A stretch of DNA of 64,000 bases from Deltaproteobacteria bacterium (GTDB lineage: Bacteria; Myxococcota; Kuafuiibacteriia; Kuafuiibacteriales; Kuafuiibacteriaceae): the NCBI GenBank assembly GCA_040218735.1, contig JAVJQW010000015.1:32001-96000 (forward strand), read 5' to 3'. A model generated the notes under the pieces. The model made no database searches. It had not been told where the DNA came from and was given only the letters and a program-made list of their open reading frames with translations. Of the stretch, positions 1 to 8,624 are shown one piece after another. How positions within the stretch are numbered: the stretch's first letter is position 1; each line of letters starts with the position of its first letter. Position numbers and translations under genes: made by a program.

Positions 1-2
1 GG

Positions 3-548
3 ATGCGTTATCCCATAAAGGACCTATTGCACGACGACGCGCTGATCCGTGCGCACGAAGGCGGCTGGTACGTGACGCTGCGCCTGCGGTCGAGCATGTA
101 CCACCGCTTCCACGCGCCGCTCGACGCGCGTGTCCGCCGCGTCACGTACATCTCGGGCGACACCTGGAACGTGAACCCCATCGCGCTGAAGCGAGTGGAG
201 CGGCTGTTCTGCAAGAACGAGCGCGCGATCGTGGAGCTCGCGCCGACGGACACGGCGCTGACGCTGACGATGGTGCCGGTCGCGGCGATCCTCGTCGCGG
301 GTATCAAGCTCCACTGCCTCGAGGGGGTCTTCAACCTGGCCTACGACGGGCCGGAGCGCGTCGAGTGCGACGCCGCCTACGAGAAGGGCGACGAGCTCGG
401 GTACTTCCAGAGTGGCTCGACGATCGTCCTCTTTGCCTCCGGGCCGGTGCGGTTCGCGCCGAGCGTTCGGGAGGGCATGAACATTCGGATGGGGGAGCCG
501 CTGTTGGTGCGGTCCTTCGAACTCGTCAATTCAAAGGAGAACTCATGA
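3..548 (+). CDS. psd: Phosphatidylserine decarboxylase (probably 5'-truncated by the window edge)
   Basis: YHRFHAP, KNER and the pyruvoyl self-cleavage motif GST (FQSGSTIVLF); stop overlaps the next start (ATGA). Confidence 0.85.
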   Translation: MRYPIKDLLHDDALIRAHEGGWYVTLRLRSSMYHRFHAPLDARVRRVTYISGDTWNVNPIALKRVERLFCKNERAIVELAPTDTALTLTMVPVAAILVAGIKLHCLEGVFNLAYDGPERVECDAAYEKGDELGYFQSGSTIVLFASGPVRFAPSVREGMNIRMGEPLLVRSFELVNSKENS

Positions 549-1165
549 ACCGTCAACTCAGCTTCTTCGAAGAGCTCACCGAGCAGCGCTGGGACGACCA
601 TCGCTTCTATCACCAGAGCTACGTCAACCAGGCGCTCCACCTCTTCAGCGCCTCGTGTTTCGTGGTGACCTACGTACTCATCCCGATCGAGCCGGTCGCC
701 GCAGTCTTCTTCGGCTGGTTCATCGCGATGTGGTCGCGTCAGATCGGGCACTTCTTCTTCGAGCCGAAGGGGCACGACAACGTGAACGGCGTCAGCTTCG
801 CGCACAAGGAGAAGATCAAGGTGGGTTTCAACTTGCAGCGCAAGGTCGCGATGTTGATCGCGTGGCTGTCGATTCCGGCGATCCTCCACTTCGTGCCGAG
901 CACGCTCGCGTGGATGACTTCACTGACCGGCGAAGCGGACTACCTGCACAACCTCGCGGTGGCTTGGCTCAGCCTGGCGGGGATCGGCCTGCTGGGGCGG
1001 ACGATCTGGCTGATGATCTTCCGGAACCCGCAGACGGGGCTCGTGTGGTGCACGAAGATCCTCACGGACCCCTTCCACGACATCAAGCAGTACCATGCGG
1101 CGCCGCTTCACCTGCTGCGGGGTGAGCGTCTCGATCCGATGAACGCCCGAGCTTCGCACGGATGA
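545..1165 (+). CDS. Mpo1/DUF962-like membrane protein
   Basis: ATG at 545 after AAGGAG; His-rich motifs (DDHRFYHQ..NQALH, QIGHFFFE) and several hydrophobic helices. Confidence 0.7.
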   Translation: MNRQLSFFEELTEQRWDDHRFYHQSYVNQALHLFSASCFVVTYVLIPIEPVAAVFFGWFIAMWSRQIGHFFFEPKGHDNVNGVSFAHKEKIKVGFNLQRKVAMLIAWLSIPAILHFVPSTLAWMTSLTGEADYLHNLAVAWLSLAGIGLLGRTIWLMIFRNPQTGLVWCTKILTDPFHDIKQYHAAPLHLLRGERLDPMNARASHG

Positions 1166-2786
1166 GCTCCTTCAGGACGCGGCGCTTCAGCAACTTGTTC
1201 GTGAGCTCCGCGTCCGCCCACCACCAGCCGTCCTCCTTCATCGCCGCCGCGGCCGCCAAGTAGCGCTGACCAATCTGTTCGAAGTCCGCGTCCGTCAGGT
1301 CGTGGGAGAAGATCATGCGGCCGGTCCCGATCCAGCTCAGCGCCAGCCCCTGCTCCCGCAGGTAGTATTGGAACATCCAGTTGTACGCCGACGGCTTCGT
1401 GTAGAGGGTCGTCCAGACCGAGACCATGTTCTCGAGGTGAACGGGCGCACCCATCGCTTCGAGCTTCGCGTTGAGTTTCACCGCGCGGTCGTTCCAACGC
1501 TCCTCCAACCCATCGTAGGTCGCCTGAGTTTCGGGCTCGTCCAGGAAGCGTAGGAACTCGTTCATCGCCGCCATGACGTAGGGGTGTGAGTTGAACGTCC
1601 CGCGCGCAAAGCAGATGTCCGCGGGTTTGTCGTCCTTGTAGCGCTTCATGAACGCCCGTTTGCCGCAAACGACCCCGACGGGGAGGCCACCTCCGAGGGT
1701 CTTGCCGTAGGTGACGATGTCCGCGTCGACACCGAAGTACTCCTGCACGCCGCCGCGGGCGAGGCGGAAGCCGAGGAAGACCTCGTCGAGGATCAACACG
1801 ATCCCCTTCTTCGTGCACACCTCGCGGAGGCGCCGCAGCCAGTCGGCGTACGCCGCCTTGTCGTAGCGCGCCTTTCGGTCACTCGCGAGGAGCGTCGAGT
1901 CCCCCGACGGCGGCCCGTTTGGTGTCATCGCCTGCAGCGGGTTCACGAGCACACACGCGATGTCGTTGCGCGTCGCGAGGAGGTTCAGCGTTCGCTCGCT
2001 CATCTCCTGGAGCGTGAACAAGTCACGCACCGGTCGTGGGTTTCCGACGCCGGCCTGAAGGTTGTCGCTCCAGCCGTGGTAGGCGCCGGCGAACCGCACC
2101 GCCTTGGGGCGCCCGGTGTGATACCGGGCGAGGCGTACCGCCTGCATCACGGCCTCCGTGCCCGACATGTGGAAGGAGACCTCGTCCTTTCCGGAGATCT
2201 TCTTCAGGCGATCGACGTTGTCGGCGATGACCGGGTGGTACGCGCCAAGGATCGGCCCGAGGTCGCGCGCTCGCTCTACCGCGCGGTCGATGCACTTCTT
2301 GTAGACCTCGATCCCGAACAGGTTGACGCCGTACGACCCGCCGAGGTCGTACGCCCAGTTGCCGTCGAGGTCGGCGACGCGAGGCCCGTCGGTCTCGGCG
2401 ACGATGCTCCCGACCTGGAGGTGTCTTCGAACGAGCTCCCGGAACTGGAACGGCACGCGGTACGCGTTGACGAACGCGACGTCGGAGACACCGGACTCCA
2501 GCGATTGGCTCGCTTCGAGCGTCTTCGGTGCGCGCGCGCGGAGGGATTGCGCGATCCGCAGGAACGCTTCGCGGCGCTTCGCGGCGACCTCGTTCGGCGC
2601 CCCGTCGACGCCGAAGGCGAACGACTCGTCGTAGGTGACCTGCGGGACGAGCCGCGACAGGAGCACCGCCGTACGCGGGTGACCGGTGAGGGATCGGTGT
2701 TTGGCGCGCGAGAGTTTGATTCGTCGCCAGAGCTTCGGTGCGAGCCATGCGCCCGTCGCGGCGCCTGCAACCCAAATGGGATCCAT
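1083..2786 (-). CDS. Class III PLP-dependent aminotransferase (GSA-aminomutase-like fold, N-terminally extended)
   Basis: SGTEA, GAYHG, LILDEV..GFR, YGKTLGGGLPVG (PLP Lys), GTFNS motifs. Confidence 0.85.
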   Translation of the reverse strand: MDPIWVAGAATGAWLAPKLWRRIKLSRAKHRSLTGHPRTAVLLSRLVPQVTYDESFAFGVDGAPNEVAAKRREAFLRIAQSLRARAPKTLEASQSLESGVSDVAFVNAYRVPFQFRELVRRHLQVGSIVAETDGPRVADLDGNWAYDLGGSYGVNLFGIEVYKKCIDRAVERARDLGPILGAYHPVIADNVDRLKKISGKDEVSFHMSGTEAVMQAVRLARYHTGRPKAVRFAGAYHGWSDNLQAGVGNPRPVRDLFTLQEMSERTLNLLATRNDIACVLVNPLQAMTPNGPPSGDSTLLASDRKARYDKAAYADWLRRLREVCTKKGIVLILDEVFLGFRLARGGVQEYFGVDADIVTYGKTLGGGLPVGVVCGKRAFMKRYKDDKPADICFARGTFNSHPYVMAAMNEFLRFLDEPETQATYDGLEERWNDRAVKLNAKLEAMGAPVHLENMVSVWTTLYTKPSAYNWMFQYYLREQGLALSWIGTGRMIFSHDLTDADFEQIGQRYLAAAAAMKEDGWWWADAELTNKLLKRRVLKELIRAKLGRSSDRDAHPAAGEAAPHGTA

Positions 2787-2977
2787 ATGAGATGCACCCT
2801 CGCCCTTGTCGATCGATGCGTCGAGGGGGCGCCTGGTGACATTCGTGCGTCAGTGAGGAGGCGCGCGATCAACGTGCTGATGACTCGTGAAAACGTTCAC
2901 CTTCGCGTGCCCGATCCGACGACGTTGCCGCCGTCGTGACACTCGATCCTCACGGAGCGCTGCTACCCGTCGTGTCA

Positions 2978-4384
2978 ATGCGAGTTGCAGTACTCACCGA
3001 CTACCCGGTCGTCGCATTTGCGAACGGTCCTTCTCTCGCGACGCAGTCTCTCAAGCGTCACCTGGAGCTACGAGGTCACGAAGTCACCATTGTCGGTCCC
3101 AAGCCGGGGCGCGACGTGCCCGATGTGGAACCGGGCTCGGTGCTGCTCGATTCCGTGAAGTTCGCCGGCCACCCGGGTGTGCAGCTTCCCTTTGCTTGGC
3201 CGCCGCGTGCGTTCAAGAACGAGCAGATGTTCGACGTCATCCACAGCCACGCCGCCTCGCTGCTCATGCACTGGGGCCCGATGATGCGCGCCAAACACGA
3301 CATCCCATGTCTTTCGACGAACACCGTCTACATTCCGGGCTTCGCGCAGTACACGCTGCCGCAGCAGCTCTACAAGTTCGGCTTCGTCCGGGACTTCTGG
3401 GCGAACGTCCCCACGAAGGCGGTGGAGGCGTCCTTCGCCAAGGCGTACAGCGGCGGCGACGGGCTCATCGTCCAGTGCGCGGGCCTCGCGAAGTACTGGG
3501 AGGACTACGGTCTCTCCGTTCCGATCCACGTCATCCCGCGCCCGATCGATACCGCGATCTTCGGCGTTCCGCTCGGACCGGATCCCTATCGCAGCACCTT
3601 CTCTCGCGAGAAGCGCATCGTCTCCGTCTCGCGCCACGCGCGTGAGAAGGACATCGACAAACTCATCGTCGCGTTCAAGCAATACGTCCTACCGCGCCAC
3701 CCGGACGCTTCACTCACGTTGGTGGGTGACGGCCAGGAGCACGGTGAGCTCGTTGCGCTGGCGGAGGCGCTGGGGATATCGGATCGCGTCGACTTCCCCG
3801 GCGAGAAGGCGCACCACGAAACCCGTGACTATTACGGCCACGCTTCGGTGTTTGCTTACGCGTCCATGACGGAGACCTACGGCCAGGTCGTCTCGGAAGC
3901 GCTGTGGTGCGGTGCTCCGGCGGTCGCGCTCGACGACAAGATGGGCGTCACCTTCCAGGTGCAGGATGGGTTCGACGGCGTGCTCGTGCAGCCGGGCGCC
4001 GACGAGCTCGAGCAGCTCGGACGCACGCTGAACCAGCTCCTCGCCGAGCCGGAGCGCATCGCGCGCATGGGCGCAAACGCGGCCCGCCGCGCGCGCACCC
4101 GCGTCGCGCCGCAGGTCATCTACCGTCAGTACGAGGACGCGTACGGCTCCGCGCGTGAGCACCTCGACCGCACCCGTCGCGAAGGGTTCATGGCCAAGGC
4201 GCTCCCGCAGTGGGTCCAGATGATGAACCGCCACGTCGTCCCGTGGACGGTGCAGCAGTGCCTCCTGGTCGCGCTCGGCTCCGTGCGCGGGCGCGCGAAG
4301 CTCGACAAGTACGCGATCCCCACGCAGCGGATCGACGCGCTCCCCGCGCGCACGGAGACCGTGGCGCAGGAGTTCGCGGCCTAG
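2978..4384 (+). CDS. GT4 family (GT-B) glycosyltransferase, possibly a glycolipid synthase
   Basis: MRVAVLTDYP N-terminus, SR..REKD, VGDG, E-x7-E motif ETYGQVVSE; alternative GTG start at 2936. Confidence 0.85.
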   Translation: MRVAVLTDYPVVAFANGPSLATQSLKRHLELRGHEVTIVGPKPGRDVPDVEPGSVLLDSVKFAGHPGVQLPFAWPPRAFKNEQMFDVIHSHAASLLMHWGPMMRAKHDIPCLSTNTVYIPGFAQYTLPQQLYKFGFVRDFWANVPTKAVEASFAKAYSGGDGLIVQCAGLAKYWEDYGLSVPIHVIPRPIDTAIFGVPLGPDPYRSTFSREKRIVSVSRHAREKDIDKLIVAFKQYVLPRHPDASLTLVGDGQEHGELVALAEALGISDRVDFPGEKAHHETRDYYGHASVFAYASMTETYGQVVSEALWCGAPAVALDDKMGVTFQVQDGFDGVLVQPGADELEQLGRTLNQLLAEPERIARMGANAARRARTRVAPQVIYRQYEDAYGSAREHLDRTRREGFMAKALPQWVQMMNRHVVPWTVQQCLLVALGSVRGRAKLDKYAIPTQRIDALPARTETVAQEFAA

Positions 4385-5046
4385 AGCTCTGCCTTCAGCG
4401 TCGCCCAGATGCGCTCGGCGACGAGCGCCATGCCTTCCTTCGTCGGGTGGATGCCGTCGGGCTGATTGAGCTCCGGTCGTCCGGCGACGTCCGCGAGCGG
4501 GAAGGGAATCAGCGTGATCTTCTTGCTCGCCGCCACGCGCGCGAAGATCGCCTCGTAGTCTTCGCGGTACGCCTCGCCCATGTTGGGGAACGTCTTCATC
4601 GACCACAGGAGGATCTTCGCGTCCGGTACCTTCGCGCGCGTCGCGTCCACGATCTTCTCGAGGTTCGATTCGATGGACGCGATGGGTTGTCCGCGCATCG
4701 CGTCGTTCGAACCCAGCCCGATCACCAGCACCTTCAGCCGAACCGCGTCGCGCAGGTACCAGTCCAGGCGCGTGAGGCCCCCCGCGGTGGTGTCGCCGGA
4801 GCGGCCGGCGTTGATCACCCGGTAGTCGAGGCCGGCGGCCTCCACGCGCTCCGCGATCTTCGCGGGTACCGCGTCCGCCTCGGCCAGGCCGCGCCCCGCG
4901 GTGAGGCTGTCCCCGAGGAACACGATCGCAGGTGATTCACGTACGCCGGCGTCGCGCGGAGGCGGCGCCTTGGCGGGCTTCGCCGTGCAGCCCGTCGCGA
5001 GTAGGAGCATCAGGATCCGGACCTTCACCGCCGTCGATAGTGCCAT
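4381..5046 (-). CDS. tesA: Arylesterase / SGNH (GDSL) hydrolase, probable lipoprotein
   Basis: GDSL, NAGRSGDTT, GSND and DGIHP blocks; lipobox-like ATGC; divergent from ybbAP-like genes as in E. coli. Confidence 0.8.
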   Translation of the reverse strand: MALSTAVKVRILMLLLATGCTAKPAKAPPPRDAGVRESPAIVFLGDSLTAGRGLAEADAVPAKIAERVEAAGLDYRVINAGRSGDTTAGGLTRLDWYLRDAVRLKVLVIGLGSNDAMRGQPIASIESNLEKIVDATRAKVPDAKILLWSMKTFPNMGEAYREDYEAIFARVAASKKITLIPFPLADVAGRPELNQPDGIHPTKEGMALVAERIWATLKAEL

Positions 5047-5143
5047 CGCGCGGCCCTCGTCGGCACCGATACGTGGAAATGTCACGCCGCGCGGGAAGGC
5101 ATCCCTTGAACGCCGGGTTGGTCCCCGGGAGGATCCGGGGCGC

Positions 5144-5827
5144 GTGGGTGGACACATCGAGGTCGACGGCATTGGCCGCGACTACCGAGACGGGCAAGCG
5201 AAGTTGACGGTGCTGGACGGCGTCGACCTCGAGATCCACCCGAACGAGATCGTCGCGATCACCGGCCCGTCCGGGAGCGGCAAGTCGACGCTCCTTGCGC
5301 TCCTCGCCGGGCTCGACCGCCCGTCGCGCGGGCGCGTCACGATCGACGGCGTCACGATCACCGAGCTCGACGAAGACGCGCTGTCGCGGTTTCGCGGCCG
5401 GCACATCGGCTTCATCTTCCAGAGCTTCCAGCTCATCGACACGCTCACCGCCGTCGAGAACGTACGGGTCCCGGCGGAGCTCCTCGGTGACTTCGAACGC
5501 GCGGGTGAAGCCGCTGCGCTCCTCGAGCGCGTCGGTCTCGGGCACCGCCTCACCCACTTCCCGTCGCAGCTCTCCGGAGGTGAGATGCAGCGGGTCGCGA
5601 TCGCTCGCGCGTCGATCGTCCAGCCGAGCGTCCTGCTCGCGGACGAACCCACCGGCAACCTCGACTCACGCGCGGGGGAGCGGGTGTTGGAGCTCCTCTT
5701 CGAGCGGCGTGACACGGCGACGGTCGTCGTCGTCACGCACGACGCGAGCATCGCCGAGCGTGCGGATCGTGAGATACGCCTCGCCGACGGTCGCATCGCC
5801 GACGTGATCGAGCGGCGGGCGTCGTGA
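5144..5827 (+). CDS. ybbA: ABC transporter ATP-binding protein (YbbA/LolD-like)
   Basis: Walker A GPSGSGKS, LSGGEMQR, LLADEPTGNLD, VTHD; GTG at 5144 follows GGAGGA. Confidence 0.85.
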   Translation: MGGHIEVDGIGRDYRDGQAKLTVLDGVDLEIHPNEIVAITGPSGSGKSTLLALLAGLDRPSRGRVTIDGVTITELDEDALSRFRGRHIGFIFQSFQLIDTLTAVENVRVPAELLGDFERAGEAAALLERVGLGHRLTHFPSQLSGGEMQRVAIARASIVQPSVLLADEPTGNLDSRAGERVLELLFERRDTATVVVVTHDASIAERADREIRLADGRIADVIERRAS

Positions 5828-8385
5828 GGGCAACGACCGCGATCGCGCTCGCGGTCGCCGAGACACGTCGCGCTCGCGGCGCGCTCGCGTTCTGCATCGG
5901 CTCCGTCGCGGTCGGCGTGTTCGGGATGACCGCCGTCGGCGCGGTCACCGAGAGCCTCGACGCCGGCCTCGACGAAGAGACCAAGGCGGTGTTCGGGGCG
6001 GACCTGGAGATCTCCTCGAACCAACCGCTCACCACGAGCACCGTCGCGCGCACGTTCACCCAGGACCTCGTCGCAAAGGGCGCGCGGTCCGCGGAGCTCG
6101 CGCGCTTCTACTCGATGCTCACGCCGAACGCAGGCGAGGGCACGCAGCTCGTTCGTGTGCACGGTGTCGGGGACGGCTTCCCGTTCTTCGGTGAGATCCC
6201 GACCGAGCCGCCCGGCGCGTACGCGACGTTGACCGCGACGCCCTCCGTCGTCATCGACGAGGTCACCGCGCGCTCCCTCGGCCTGGAGGTCGGCGATCGC
6301 GCGCAGCTCGGGAAGCTCGATGTCGTCGTCGTCGGCCAGCTCGTCGACAAGGCCGGCACGCCGGCGGCGGAGTTCTCTTTGGCGCCCCCGATCTACGTGC
6401 ACCACCGCTTCCTCGAAGCGACGGGCCTCCTCGCGCGCGGGAGCCGGATGCGCTACCGGCGCATGTTCGCGCTCCCCGACGGTCTCGACGGCGAGACGCT
6501 GAAGGCCGAACACTTCGACGCCGCGATCGCCGAGCACGTCACGATTCGAACCTCGCGCGAGGCGGCCTCGCGCGTCCGACGTTTCGTGGATCGACTCGGC
6601 GCCTTCCTCACGATCATGGGGCTGATCACCCTCCTGCTCGGTGCGCTCGGGATCGGCTCGGCGATGAACGCATTCGTGCGCGGCAAGCTCGACCACGCGG
6701 CGATCCTCCGGTGCGTCGGCGCGCGCCCCCGCGACGTGTTCGTCGTCTACTTCGTGCTCGCCATGATCGTCGCCGGCGTCGGCTGTTCGATCGGGGTCGT
6801 TTGCGGGAGCCTCCTCCCGGCGATGTTCTCCGGCCTCGCCGAGTCGATCGGCGGCGCGTACCTCCCGACGCACGTCACACTCGCGCCGAGTACGTCCGCC
6901 GCGATCCGCGCCGCGTTCGCCGGCCTGCTCGCGACCGCGGTCTTCACGCTGCAGCCGATGTGGCGAATCGCGAACGTGAAGCCGATGACGGTCCTGCGCC
7001 GCGACACGGAGGGCCTGGGAGCGCTCGGGTGGCGTCGGCGCATCACGTCGTTCGTCGGGTTCGCGGTGGCGTTCGGCTTCGTGCTGTTGTTGTCGGCGGC
7101 TCAGACCGCGTCGCTGACGCTCGCCGCATGGTTCACGGGCGCCATCGCGGCCTCCGTTGTCCTCCTCGCGGTCGTCGCCTGGCTCCTCGTACGCCTGTCA
7201 AAGGTGCTCGCTCGCCACGTACCGAGCTACGCCGTCCGCCAGGGCATCGCGAACCTGCATCGACCGGGGAACCAGACGCAGAGCGTGGTGGTCGCGGTCG
7301 GCGTCGGCTTCCTCCTCCTCGCGAGCATCCTGATCATCCAGGCGTCGATGCGTGCCTCGATCGCGATCGACCAGCAGAAGGACCTCCCCAACGTCTTCAT
7401 CGTCGACATCCAGCCCGATCAGGAGGCCGAGATCCGCGCCGCGCTCACCGCGCTCGACGCGGCGGACGAGAACTTCGCCCCGATGATCTCGGCGCGCCTC
7501 CGCGCGGTCGACGGCGTGCCGGTCGACAAGTCCAAGGTCGAACGGGACGCCCGACAGCGCACGTTCGAGGACCGGATGACCACGCGCGAGTACTTCGTGA
7601 CGTACCGCGAGACGACGGCGGCGAACGAGGAGGTCGTCGATGGCACCTTCTGGATCGGGCGTCCGGAGCGGCAAGAGGTCTCCCTCGACGAACGCCTCGC
7701 GGGCGCGATCGGCGCGGACATCGGCGCCACGCTGACGCTCGACGTCCAGGGCCTCCCGCTCGACGCCACCGTCACCAGCCTCCGCCGCATCCGCTGGCAG
7801 GCCCTCACGCCGAACGCACTCGTCGTGCTCTCCCCTGGCGACATCGAGAACGCGCCGAAGATGTTCGTAGCGTCCGCGCGCCTGCCGAGCGCCGATGCAC
7901 GCTTCGAGCTCCAGCGCCGCCTCGCGACGCGGTTCCCGAACCTCTCCGTCGTCGACATCACCGCCGCGGCCGAGACCGTGGTCGGGCTCCTCGAACAGAT
8001 CTCCATCGTGTTCACGGCGCTCGGGTTCCTCGCGGTCGTGACGGGCGCGATCATCCTCGGCGGCGCGATCGCCGCGGGGCGCGCACGTCGCGAGCGAGAA
8101 GCGATGTTGCTCAAGGTCCTCGGCGCCTCCCGCGCCGCGCTCCGACGCGTCCTCGTCGCCGAGTACGCGAGCCTCGCGGTGTTCGGCGTCGGCGCCGGGT
8201 GGGTGCTCGCGGAGCTCGTCAATCGCATCGCGCTCCCCGCGCTGTTCGAGGTTCCGGCCGTCGTGCCCTACGGGAGCCTCGTGCCGATCGCCGTCGCCAC
8301 CGTCACGCTGGAGACGTTGGTCGGCGCGCTGATCGGGCGCAGCGTCTTCGCGAAGGCCCCCCTCGACGTCCTGCGCGGCCCCTAA
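5824..8385 (+). CDS. ybbP: ABC transporter permease, double FtsX/MacB-type (YbbP-like)
   Basis: 853 aa, two FtsX-like TM bundles (AILRCVGA, MLLKVLGAS), PNVFIVDIQPDQ; GTGA overlap with the ATPase gene. Confidence 0.85.
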   Translation: MRATTAIALAVAETRRARGALAFCIGSVAVGVFGMTAVGAVTESLDAGLDEETKAVFGADLEISSNQPLTTSTVARTFTQDLVAKGARSAELARFYSMLTPNAGEGTQLVRVHGVGDGFPFFGEIPTEPPGAYATLTATPSVVIDEVTARSLGLEVGDRAQLGKLDVVVVGQLVDKAGTPAAEFSLAPPIYVHHRFLEATGLLARGSRMRYRRMFALPDGLDGETLKAEHFDAAIAEHVTIRTSREAASRVRRFVDRLGAFLTIMGLITLLLGALGIGSAMNAFVRGKLDHAAILRCVGARPRDVFVVYFVLAMIVAGVGCSIGVVCGSLLPAMFSGLAESIGGAYLPTHVTLAPSTSAAIRAAFAGLLATAVFTLQPMWRIANVKPMTVLRRDTEGLGALGWRRRITSFVGFAVAFGFVLLLSAAQTASLTLAAWFTGAIAASVVLLAVVAWLLVRLSKVLARHVPSYAVRQGIANLHRPGNQTQSVVVAVGVGFLLLASILIIQASMRASIAIDQQKDLPNVFIVDIQPDQEAEIRAALTALDAADENFAPMISARLRAVDGVPVDKSKVERDARQRTFEDRMTTREYFVTYRETTAANEEVVDGTFWIGRPERQEVSLDERLAGAIGADIGATLTLDVQGLPLDATVTSLRRIRWQALTPNALVVLSPGDIENAPKMFVASARLPSADARFELQRRLATRFPNLSVVDITAAAETVVGLLEQISIVFTALGFLAVVTGAIILGGAIAAGRARREREAMLLKVLGASRAALRRVLVAEYASLAVFGVGAGWVLAELVNRIALPALFEVPAVVPYGSLVPIAVATVTLETLVGALIGRSVFAKAPLDVLRGP

Positions 8386-8411
8386 GATTCCCAGACTTCG
8401 AGTCTCGCCAC

Positions 8412-8597
8412 CTACCAAGCTCGCTCGAGGAAGCTCGGCGGCAACGTCTCGTCGATGGCGAGCAGCGCCCTCAGCTCCCGCTCCAGCGCGGGCGCGCCCT
8501 CACACTCCGCCGTGATCCGTTTGTCTCGGGCCTCGGGCGGCAGCTCGCGGACGACGTGGAAGAGCTCGTAGAGGCGGGGCCACAGCTGTTCGGGCAT
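8412..8597 (-). CDS. Small protein resembling the N-terminal helical domain of ECF-associated Ser/Thr kinases
   Basis: LWPRLYELFHVVRELPPEARDKRITAECEGAPALERELRALL..PPSFLE aligns by eye with the kinase N-terminus RLKTLFDEAVDLTPAEREGLL..EPELAVQLRELL..PAAFLE. Confidence 0.6.
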   Translation of the reverse strand: MPEQLWPRLYELFHVVRELPPEARDKRITAECEGAPALERELRALLAIDETLPPSFLERAW

Positions 8598-8624
8598 CGG
8601 TGCGCTGTCGCTACGTCCTTGCAC

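Noticed and set aside
1083-2786. Calling the aminotransferase hemL
   Set aside because: It is much longer than HemL, has extra N- and C-terminal segments, and lies in a lipid-gene context; only the fold-level call is supported.
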